Origin: Prorocentrum cordatum
Taxonomy: Eukaryota
Assembly: GCA_963575745.1 (NCBI GenBank)
Contig: CAUYUJ010000092.1
Span: 186,001 to 250,000, forward strand
Reading direction: 5' to 3'
Length of the DNA stretch: 64,000 nucleotides
Both the position numbers and the translations under genes were made by a program. A model generated the notes under the pieces. It worked only from the letters and a program-made list of their open reading frames with translations. It was not told the DNA's origin and did no database searches. Positions 44,102 to 53,035 of this stretch are shown one piece after another (the first letter of the stretch is position 1; each line of letters begins with the position of its first letter).

Positions 44102-46236
44102 CTCGCTGCGAGCATCTGGTTCGCTTGCATGCCTTGGAGCGGCACGGCCTCCTTGTTCCCCTCGCGGAAGCGCTTGTAGGCCTCGGGGATGCAGTAGATG
44201 CACTCGTAGGGCCCCCAGCTGCTCGGGTACCTGTAGTCTTTGGTGGGGTCGGCCTTGGCCCCCTGGAACCACTCCTGCTCGACCGCCCAGTGGATCTGGC
44301 TCTTGACCTTGCGGATCGCCGCCTTGAGCTGGCTGTGCTCGCGGGCGTCGGGTTCTTGGAGGAAGCTCGCCACGTCTGGGGCCGTCGGCGCGTAGACGAT
44401 GTTCTTGAGCCAAGCTCGGAGCGTCGCGCTCTCGGTCCACTGGCTCGACAGGCAATCTGCGAAGACGAGGGCTTGGCCGTGCTCTTGCTCGATGAAGTCA
44501 ATGGTCCAACTTGCAATGAGCTCGTCCGTCCAGGCTCCCGGCTGGCCCCAGATGCCGATCTGCTCGAAGATCTCGGCGCGCTCCTCGGGGTCGAACTCGA
44601 GGAGGGCTTGGCGCCAACCCTTCATGATCGTGCCGATGTTCTCGCCTGCTCGGAAGACCTCGGCCTCGCCGTCGCTCCGCTCGTAGCGGACGTCTCGGAG
44701 CCAGGTGCCGCTCTCGAGGTTCATGTCGGAGATCTTGCAGTGCCTCGCGCACGGGACTGGGGGCACGCTGCGCTTCTTGGCCGACCTCGGCCCCCGGCTC
44801 GGGTCGAACCACCCCTCGACGCCCGAGATGTTGATGAGCGTGAGCCTGTACTTGTCGCCCGCGCTCGAGTATGCTTGGTCTACTTGCTGCTTCTTGTCGC
44901 CTTGCTCACCGTAGAACTTCTCTCGCTCGGCCCCCCAAGCTGCCCTGTCTGTCTCGGCCTGCGTCTCGCGGAACTTGCGGCGGAGCTTCTGGATCCGGGC
45001 CTTGTGGCTTGCGCCCTGGAGCTCGGACTCGTGGAGGTAGACTTTCTCCTCGCCTCGGAGCTTGAGCCAGAGCGCGGTCGCGTCGACGACGACCACGCTC
45101 GCGTCTCGCCTGCGCTCGGCGAAGGCCTCGGCGTCTTCGACGAAGAGGCTGAGCTCCTCGGCGCTGCCCCTCGCCACGAGGTGCTGGAACCTGTCGGCAG
45201 TGGCCCAGGTCAGCTTGGCCTTGCTCTCGGAGAGGGTCTTGTTCATCTGTTCCGAGAGGCGCTGGCCCTTGTGCCCTGACGCGCGCAGCCTCGGGAGCAC
45301 GACTTCGTTGATCCACTTCGAGTCCTTGCGGGCCAAGTTGTTGATCTTGAAGGTCGCGAGCCGCTGGGTGATTCTCTTGAGAATCTCGGCGTTGTACCAG
45401 GGGTGGCTCGTGTTCTTGAGATGGAGCTGCTTGTCCTTCTCCCACTCGAGCTCGTACTTGAGCCTGGTCAAGATCGTCTTGTGGCGAACTTCGTGGCCGT
45501 ACATGTGTCCCCGCTTGAACCAGATCTCGAGTCGGCCCACGACTCCCTCGAGGGGGCGCTTGGGGCACGCCAGGCCAGGAGTGAAGTTGTGCACTCTCGC
45601 GCCCTGGCTCTTGTTTGCCTTTGCCTGATGCGGCCGGACTCGGCCGCAGGCTCGGATGCCGTTCTTGCCGAGCCTCGCCACGGCGACCAGCTTCTCGAGA
45701 GACGCCCCCTTCTTGTTCCAGTTCTTGACTGCCTCGTAGGGCCAGCGCCACTTCTCGGTGAGCTGAGTCTTGACGCCGACTGGGGGCTGGGAAAAGTCCG
45801 CGAGCTCGTGCTTGTCGGCCTGCTTGCACCAGCCGAGTACGATCTGGAGCTTGCACTGCGCGGGCGGGTCTCGGCGCAGGGTGGGAGCTGCTCGGGGCTT
45901 GTGCGTCCCGCGGTACTTGCGACTCGAACCCTGGGGTCTGCCGCCCCTCTTCGGCCCCCGAGCGACGCCTCGGCCGCTGTCGTCGGGGCCGAGCACCTTC
46001 CCCTCGGTGCTCGCCTTCGCTCGGCGCTCAGCAGCGGCTGCGAGGCGCTCCTGCTCGGTCGTCTCCGCCTCGAGCCTCTTCGCCTCGAGCTCCTGGAAGA
46101 ACATCGCCTTTGCCTCGGGGGACAGGTAAGGCGAGCTCCTGAGCTTCTTGTGGGAGCTCGGGGATTCCACCGGACTCGAGCTTGCAAGTCCACATAAGCT
46201 TGACAGGCTCGACTGCCGCTTGATCGGCGCGCCCAT
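44102..46236 (-). CDS. Exon 1: pogo/Tc5-like (DDE_1 family) DDD transposase
   Basis: Putative triad VVVDATALW ... VFADCLSSQ ... ASFLQEPD, with 35 residues between D2 and D3 (DD35D). CENP-B/Tc5 HTH-like LEIWFKRGHMYGHEV. The frame is open for ~711 codons; the rest of the 1169-aa ORF is microsatellite. Confidence 0.8.
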
Positions 46237-46302
46237 GTCGACTGGCTCTTGACTGGCGCGCTCGAGAGGCGAAACTTCTGCGCGAGTGGCGTGCTCGAAA
46301 GG

Positions 46303-46325
46303 CTTGGGGCAAGAACGGATACGGA
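46303..46325 (-). promoter_or_regulatory. Degenerate SL-like motif upstream of the transposase
   Basis: The minus strand reads TCCGTATCCGTTCTTGCCCCAAG followed by CCTTTCGAG, 66 nt before ATG 46236. Confidence 0.55.
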
Positions 46326-46438
46326 TGTTGTCCTTGCGGAGCTGCTGCTGCCTGAGACCTCGAATACGTGCCTGTATCGTTTGAGAGCTGTTGCTGTTGT
46401 TCGCTTGAGACGCCCTCGAATAAGAAAAGGAAGGGAAG

Positions 46439-46670
46439 CTAGGGTAGGCCTAGGGTAGACCTAGGGTAGGCCTAGGGGTAGGCCCTAGGGGTAGGCCTAG
46501 GGGTAGGCCTAGGGGTAGGCTCTAAGGGTAGGCTCTAAGGGTAGGCCTAGGGTAGGCCTAGGGATGGGCCTAGGCGTGTAGGCCTAGGCCCATCCCTAGG
46601 CTTACACGCCTAGGCCTACCCATTCCTTTTCTTGTCTCGCCATCCCTAGGCCTACACGCCTAGGCCTAGG
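46439..46670. repeat. CCTAGG/TAGGGTAGGCC satellite (inverted counterpart at 48885-49184)
   Basis: Direct reading. Confidence 0.9.
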
Positions 46671-46910
46671 TACGTCCTCGAGTAAGTTCTTGTTTCGCCT
46701 GAGACATCCTCGAACGAATCTCTCGTTTCGCTTGAGACATCCTCGGCAAATCTCTCATCTCGCTGGAGACATCCTCGAGCAATTGCCTGTTTCGCTTGAC
46801 ACATCCTCGAAAAACATATCTCGTTTCGCTTGAGACAGCTTCGACAACTCTCTCGCTTTGCTTGAGACGCCCTCGAGTATATGCTTGTTTCGCTTGAGAC
46901 ATCCTCGAGG
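46670..46910. repeat. 32-bp repeat array (~7-8 units)
   Basis: Same core motif. Confidence 0.92.
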
Positions 46911-47022
46911 GTTCTCTTGGGGTTCTCTTGAATTCATCGAGTGGGAGCCTCGATACTGGGCCGCTCGACATTTTTCTTCGCGTCCAGCCTCGGTTAGCTC
47001 GCAAGAGTAGCGCCTCGGCCAT

Positions 47023-47373
47023 CTAGAGTGGCTCACTCGAATCAACCCTGGGTTCTCTCGACTGAAGCTCGTCGTCCTGGAACTGCGTGGGCTCGCCTGG
47101 CTGGAGCTGCTCGGCTGTCTTGCCGCGCACGAGAGAGGCCCTCCACTTGTTCTCTTGGGTGGGGTCGAGCTCGGTCTCGACCTCCGTCTCGGTCTCCGCC
47201 CTCTGCTGCTTGACGTCGGTCTTGACCGCAGTCTCGATCTTGAGCTCCGTCTCGATCTTCACGGTTGTCGGCTTGGACTTCCTCGAGTTCTGCGTTGTTT
47301 TTTTCGCGACAGAAGGCTTGGGCTCCCTCGGCGCCTGCGCTGGCTTCTTGGAGACAGTCGCCCGCTTGGCCAT
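47023..47373 (-). CDS. Accessory gene 3: 116-aa protein with a basic N-terminus and tandem psi-K-x-E/D motifs
   Basis: ATG 47373 (MAKRATVSKKPA) follows an SL-like motif; the protein contains VKIE, LKIE and VKTD. Confidence 0.6.
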   Translation of the reverse strand: MAKRATVSKKPAQAPREPKPSVAKKTTQNSRKSKPTTVKIETELKIETAVKTDVKQQRAETETEVETELDPTQENKWRASLVRGKTAEQLQPGEPTQFQDDELQSREPRVDSSEPL

Positions 47374-47425
47374 GTCGCCTGCAGCGCGCCCGCTCCAGGT
47401 GCGTTCCTCGCTCGTGCTCGAAATC

Positions 47426-47448
47426 CTTGAGCCAGAGTGAACTACTGG
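47426..47448 (-). promoter_or_regulatory. Degenerate SL-like motif
   Basis: The minus strand reads CCAGTAGTTCACTCTGGCTCAAG then GATTTCGAG, 52 nt before the ATG. Confidence 0.6.
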
Positions 47449-47449
47449 A

Positions 47450-47820
47450 AGAGACATCCTCGAAAGCACTCTCGCTTCGCTTGAGACATCCTCGACGAAT
47501 CACTTCTCTCTCTCTTGCCAGATCTTCGAAATTATGTGTTACTTCGCTTGAGAGATCCTCGGCACATAGCTTGTTTCGCTTGAGACGTCCTCGACATACT
47601 TGTTTGTTCCGCTTGAGACTCCTCAGGCAATTGATGCGTTTGCTTGAAACATCCTTGAAATAATTTGATGTTTCGCTTGGGACATCCTCAAACAATTGCT
47701 TGTATCGTTTGAAACGTCCTCGCATGCGTGCTCGTTTTGCTTGAAATATCATCGAACAAATGTTTATTCCGATTGAGACATCCTCTGCAACTCTGTCGCT
47801 TCGCTTGAAACGCCCTCGAG
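47450..47820. repeat. 32-bp repeat array (~11 units) upstream of gene 3
   Basis: Same core motif. Confidence 0.92.
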
Positions 47821-47883
47821 CCATTTTCGACGCACGATAGGGAAATCTTCCTTGTTTGCTCGAAGCACTCCGAGCGCACGCAT

Positions 47884-48670
47884 CTAACTCGAGCGCCCTT
47901 CGAGTATCCACTGGCTGTGCGTGCGCTCGTAGGGCGCCCTGGCTTGCGCCTCGGCGTCTGAGGCTGGCTCGGTCGCCCCAGCGTCGGGGCCCGAGAACAC
48001 TGCGTAAACCTCGGGTTCCTCTACTAGGCGCTTGCCCTCCTCGGGCACGAGCTCCTGGCGCTCGGCGCCCTCGTCGTCAAGCTCGTCGGTATCGCTCTCG
48101 GGCTGCTCTGGTGTTTCGGGCTCTCGAGACCTCGGGCTCCCGACCTCGTCCTCGGACTCCGCGGGCGTCTCGAATTCGTCTCGGTCTCGTCATCGCTTCT
48201 TCTCGCCGCTGCTGATGACGGCCTGGGGCTCCTTCTCGCGGGCCTCGATTTCCTCGGGCGTCTCGGGTTCCTCGAGCTCTTGGCGCTTGGTGCCCTCGTC
48301 GTCAAGCTCGTCGGTCTCGCCCTCGGGCTTCTGGTGTCTCGGGCTCTCGAGACCTCGGGCTCTCGGCCTCGTTGTTCGGGAGCTGGGCGTTCTCCTCGAG
48401 CGCCTCCTGCTCCTCGAGACACTGCGCGTTCTCGGGCGGTCCTGTGAGCCCGAGCTCTTGCCGCATTGCCTCGAACATGTCTTGGGCGTTCCCGAACGTC
48501 GCGAGGCTCTCCTCGGAGAAGATGTCTCGCCAATCGCTCGGGAGACGAGCAGCCATGTCCTCGGGAAAGATGCCTCGCCAACGGCTGCGGGGGCGGTCAG
48601 CCATTGATCTCGGCGATGTCGATCGAGACCCTTGCCTCTGAGATTGCCCGAACTCGATGCGCTGTTCCAT
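47884..48670 (-). pseudogene. Accessory gene 2: acidic protein with an internal repeat; one frameshift (~48330) and one internal stop (48190-48192)
   Basis: ORF 48302..48670 continues into the frame of 48190..48834 and through TGA to the stop at 47884. SPRSREPETPE.PE..TDELDDEG..RQEL occurs twice. Confidence 0.6.
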
Positions 48671-48707
48671 TGTCGCCTTGGAGCAAATATCTTGGATAGC
48701 TCGAAAT

Positions 48708-48729
48708 CTTGAGCCACCAAATGGCTACG
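48708..48729 (-). promoter_or_regulatory. Genome-encoded SL-like motif (same GG-insertion variant as 38769)
   Basis: The minus strand reads CGTAGCCATTTGGTGGCTCAAG then ATTTCGAG, 37 nt before ATG 48670. About three 32-bp repeats lie immediately upstream (48745-48830). Confidence 0.85.
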
Positions 48730-48884
48730 TATATTTCTGCTGCTCGTTTCGCTTGAGACGTCTTCGAAGAACGTGTTTGTTTCGTTTGGATGGTCCTCGA
48801 CGAGCGTGCTCGTTTCGCTCGAAGCCTCCTCCAACCTTTACTAGTATCGCTGGAGGGGCCCTTTGAGGCCTTTCCCATGCTACC

Positions 48885-49184
48885 ATAGGGCCTACCTCTA
48901 GGCCCGCCCTAGGCCCACCCCTAGGGCCTACCCCTGGGGCTACCCCAGGCCTACCCCTAGGGCGTGCCCCTAGGCCTACCTTAGAGGGCATGCCTCTAGA
49001 GCCTACCCCTAGGGCCTACCCCCACGCCTACCCCTAGAGCCTAAAATTAGGCCTACACCCCATAGGTCTACCCCTAAGCCTACCTCTAGGCCTACCCCTA
49101 GAGCCTTCCCCTAGGCCTACCCTAGGCCTACCCCTAGGGTATCCCTAGGCCTACCCTAGGCCTGCCCATAGGGCCTTCAGTAGG
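48885..49184. repeat. GGCCTACCCCTA satellite (reverse complement of the 46439-46670 motif)
   Basis: Direct reading. Confidence 0.9.
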
Positions 49185-49743
49185 GCGCCAGGGGTGAGGA
49201 GAATAAATGTTGATAGTTAAATAGACAGATAGGAAGAGAAGAAGAGGAAGAGGAGGCAGGGGAGGAAGAGGAGGAAGAGGATAAGGAGGAGGAGAAAGAG
49301 CAAGAGGAGGAAAAAGAGAAGCAAAACACCAAAGTTCAAAACGCATTAGATTTAAATTACAAGCGCTTAATGAAAATTGCAAGTTTAGCTCATGTGCTTA
49401 GTTTTCCCCGGGTAATCAACCCCTGCGATAAACAAGTTCAGGGTGGCAGGGAGACAAGAAGAAAAAGAAATAGAAAGAGAGAGAGAGAGATACATAAATA
49501 AGACACGAAAGAACCGAAGGATGAGAAGGAGGAAGAGCAGGGGAAGCAGAGGAAGAAGAATATGCAAAAATCCAAAGTTCAAAACTTATTAGATTTAATT
49601 TGTAAGCGCTTAATGGAAATTAAAATGTTCATCTGCTCGCGTAGGGTAGCTCATGCGCTTAGTTTTCCCAGGATAATCAACCCCAGCGATAAACAAGTTC
49701 AGGGCGCCAGGGGGAGGAGGAGAAAGAATGAGAGAGAGATAGG

Positions 49744-49785
<42 letters not shown>

Positions 49786-49989
49786 TATATATAGAGAGAG
49801 AGAGAGAGACAGAGAGAAAGAGAGAGAGAGACAGAGAAAGAGAGAGAGAGAGAGAAAGCAATAACAAAAAAAAAAGAGAAAGAGAAAGAGAAAGAGAGAG
49901 AGAGAGAGAGACAGGACGAGGGAGGAGGGAGGAGGAGGGAGGAGGAGCAGGAGGAGGAGGCCCATGACAGGATTCCTTAAGCACTGCTT

Positions 49990-50409
49990 GTTTCGCTTGA
50001 GACGTCCTTGCGAATTTGGTTGCTTCGCTTCAGGCATCCTTGAAAACATGCTTGCTTCACTTGAGACATCCTTGGACAAACGCTTGATTCGCTTGAGGCA
50101 TCTCGAAAGAATGCTTGGGGTCCTCTTGGGGCCCTTCTCGGGTATTCCCTTGGCGTGTCCTTGGTCGAGGGTCCAAGCTCGAGGCTCCAGGCCCGAGATC
50201 TCAGCTCGAAGCCCAGTGGGCCTCGAGAGCGTCGAGGTTCGAGGCTTGCCTCGACGCTCGTCGCCGCCACCGGAGGGAGGAGAGGCGGCGACGGCACCGG
50301 CGACGGCAGATGCGACGACGGCGACGACGACGACGACGACGGCGGCAGCGACGACGGCGTCGTCGTCGTCGTCGCCGTCGCCGCCGCCACCGCCTTCATC
50401 CTGCCTCCG

Positions 50410-50449
<40 letters not shown>

Positions 50450-50740
50450 CCTCCTCCTCTTCCTCCTCCTCCTCCTCCTCCGCCTCCTGCTCCTCCTGCT
50501 GCCCCCCTCCCTCCCCTCCCTCTCCCCCCCCATCTCCCCTCTCACATCCCCGAGCAATTTCTTGTTTCGCTTGAGGCGTCCTCGAGCAAATCTCTCGTTT
50601 CGCTTGAGACATCCTCGACAAATCTCTCGCTTTGCTTGAGACATCCTCGAGTATTCGCTTGTTTCGCTTGAGACGCCCTCGACGAGCCTCTCGCTTCGCT
50701 TGCGACATCCTCGAGCAATTCTTTGTTTCGCTTGAGACTC
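49990..50740. repeat. 32-bp repeat arrays (~4 and ~6 units) separated by microsatellites
   Basis: Same core motif. The start acaggattcct.aagcactgcttgtttcgcttgagac is duplicated at ~43148. Confidence 0.88.
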
Positions 50741-50769
50741 CCTCTCCTCCCTCCCCCCTCCGTCCTCGG

Positions 50770-51067
50770 TCGACCCTCGGGTCGAGAGTCCAAGGTTCTC
50801 GGGCCAGGGATCCGAGATCTCGTGATCTCGGATCAACGATGGCCCGAGGCTCTCGGAGCCTCGATCCGAAGATCGATCGAGGATCGAGCCTCGCCGAAGG
50901 GATCTAAGACGAGATGACCTTGAGACAGGGGCTCGATCCTCGATCGACCCTCGGATCGAGAGCCCAAGGTTCTCGGGCCAGGGATCCGAGATTTTGTGAT
51001 CTCGGACCAACGATGGCCCGAGGCTCTCGGAGCCTCGATCCGAAGATCGATCGAGGATCGAGCCTCG
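50770..51067. repeat. TCGA/GATC-rich duplication with 174-bp period, 3' of gene 1
   Basis: tcgaccctcgg...gatcgagcctcg starts at 50770 and 50944. Confidence 0.85.
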
Positions 51068-51211
51068 ACGGAGTTGCGCTCGGTGTTACGCTCGAGAAGG
51101 GGCTGGCGAAGCCTCTCGGGAAACCTCTCGGAAAGCTCGAGGGAACGGGCCTTGATCGCCACTCGCTCCTCGATGAGGCCTCGATGAAACCTCGCGCTGG
51201 GCCTGCTCGGC

Positions 51212-52279
51212 TCAAACCTCCATCTCGATCTTCTCGAACTCCTGCTTGCTCGTCTTCTCGACCTTCATCTCCTCGTACTCATTGTTGGTCTTCGCGTAGC
51301 TCGGGAAGCTAGTCTTGATGAACACATCGAAGAGCATATTCTGATGCTCGAGCTTCTTCTTCTCCTCGATGTCCTCGTCGCGCTTGAGGCGCTTGGCGGC
51401 GGTGTACTTGTGCACGTCGAGCTCGAAAGCCTTCTTGGCCACCTTGCTGACTTGCCAGCGCCGCGCCACGATGGCGCTCGTGGCGCAGATGCGCTCGCTT
51501 GCGTCACCCTCGAGGCAAAACCGCTTGAACTCGTCGAAGTAGTCCTTGGCCTTCTTGGGCATGATTGCTACCGACTCGAACTGCTCCTTGCCCTTCTTGG
51601 CGCTGGCCCTCGGCAAGACAGACTTGAATTGCTTGTTCACTGGAAGCATCACCACGTACAGCGCTTGCAGATCTTGGGGGGTCTCGCCGAGGACCTGCTT
51701 GACGACCTTGGTCGCGGCTCTCTCGGGCATCATCTCGGCCTTGTCGCCGAGGAGCGCGTCGTGCGTTTTGGCCTCGTCGAGCAACTCCGCTCGGAAGCTC
51801 GGCAGCATCCTGAACAACTTCTCGACGTTCGTGTCCTGGTCGTCGAAGCCGTCGAACATCTCGGTGCTCCCCTCGATGTGCGTCTTGTAAAAGATCGCAC
51901 AGAGCAGCTCGCCGCGCCGCTTGTCCTTGCCGTGGAAGATGCCCTCGTACTGGATGCCCTCGAGGCTCCCCGTCTTGAGGGCGCTCGCGAGGGCGGCGTT
52001 CTTGCTGTTCTTGTGCCACAGCGCGGAGCCGCCCCGGCAGTAAAAGTTCGCCATTCTCGAAGCGTCGGTAGCCTCGCCGCTCGATTGGCACTGCCTCATC
52101 TCGGCGCAGCCTGCCTTCTCGGCGATGTACTCGAGTGTCTTGTTCTGCACCTCGATGGCCTCGTTCTGCTTCTCGAGCAGCTTGGACATCTGCTCCAAAA
52201 CCTGGTTGTTTTGCTTGAGCAGCTCGATGACTTGGCTGTCCTCCGCGAGCTGGGGGCTCGACGCCTTGGGCGACGCCAT
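51212..52279 (-). CDS. Accessory gene 1: intact 355-aa protein of unknown function (N-terminal coiled coil, globular core)
   Basis: ATG 52279 (MASPKASSP) follows an SL-like motif. Heptad-like LLKQNNQVLEQMSKLLEKQNEAIEVQNKTLE and strong GC3 bias. The upstream part of the 540-aa ORF is repeat array. Confidence 0.8.
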   Translation of the reverse strand: MASPKASSPQLAEDSQVIELLKQNNQVLEQMSKLLEKQNEAIEVQNKTLEYIAEKAGCAEMRQCQSSGEATDASRMANFYCRGGSALWHKNSKNAALASALKTGSLEGIQYEGIFHGKDKRRGELLCAIFYKTHIEGSTEMFDGFDDQDTNVEKLFRMLPSFRAELLDEAKTHDALLGDKAEMMPERAATKVVKQVLGETPQDLQALYVVMLPVNKQFKSVLPRASAKKGKEQFESVAIMPKKAKDYFDEFKRFCLEGDASERICATSAIVARRWQVSKVAKKAFELDVHKYTAAKRLKRDEDIEEKKKLEHQNMLFDVFIKTSFPSYAKTNNEYEEMKVEKTSKQEFEKIEMEV

Positions 52280-52338
52280 GGCTCGGGAAGCTGAATCTCG
52301 AAAGCTTCGAAAGCTCGAAAGCTCGAAATCTCGAAGCG

Positions 52339-52359
52339 CTCGAGCCAGAACGGTTGCGG
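52339..52359 (-). promoter_or_regulatory. SL-like motif
   Basis: The minus strand reads CCGCAACCGTTCTGGCTCGAG: 16/21 identical to DinoSL, with all differences transitions. It is followed by tandem TTTCGA(G) copies. Confidence 0.7.
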
Positions 52360-52380
52360 GCGGGAGCAGGAGACTAGCTC

Positions 52381-53035
52381 GTTTCGCTGGATACATCCTC
52401 GAAAACGTGCTCGTTTCGCTTGAAACATCCTCGAACAAATCTCTCGTCTCGCTTGAGACATCTTCGACAAATCTTTCATTTCGCTGGAGACATCCTCGAG
52501 CAATTGCTTGTTTCGCTTGAGACACCCTCGAACAAAATTTGTCGTTTCGCTTGAGACGTCCTCGACAAATTTCTCCTTTCGCGTGACAAATCCTCGAGTA
52601 TATGCTTGTGTCGCTTGAGACATCCTTAAGAAACGTATTGTGTCGCTTGAGACGTCCTTCAGTGTATGCAAGTTTCGCTGGAGACATCCTCGAATGTATG
52701 CCTGTTTCGCTTGAGACATCCTCGACAACGTGCTCGCTTCGCTGGATACATTGTCGAAAACGTGCTCGTTTCGCTGGAGACATCCTCGAACAAATCTCTC
52801 GTTTCGTTTGAAACATCCTCGACAAATCTCTCATTTCGCTTGAGACATCCTCGAGTATATGCTTGTTTCGCTTGAGACATCCTCGACAAGTTATCGCCTC
52901 GTTTGAGACATCCTCAAATATTTGCTGGTTCCGCTTGAGACATCCTTGAAATATTGATCGTTTGGTTTCAGGTTGCCTCCCAAAATTATTGGTTTCGCTT
53001 GAGACATCCTGAAAAAACGTGTTCGCTTCGCTTGA
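52381..53035. repeat. Largest 32-bp repeat array (~20 units), at the right end of the element
   Basis: A 22-bp conserved core plus a 10-11-nt semi-variable linker; period 32-33. Confidence 0.95.

Noticed and set aside
47815..47836. SL-like ctcgagccattttcg
   Set aside because: Only a short partial match in either orientation, overlapping an array unit, with no associated ORF start.
52280..52834. N-terminal extension of the 540-aa ORF (and similar EDVSSET/SRMSQAK ORFs)
   Set aside because: Read-through of the 32-bp arrays upstream of the SL-like motif; the period is not a multiple of 3.
52381..53035. 32-bp arrays as a CRISPR array
   Set aside because: The linkers are only 10-11 nt and recur rather than being unique. 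There is no cas gene and the context is eukaryotic. Reported as a repeat array instead.
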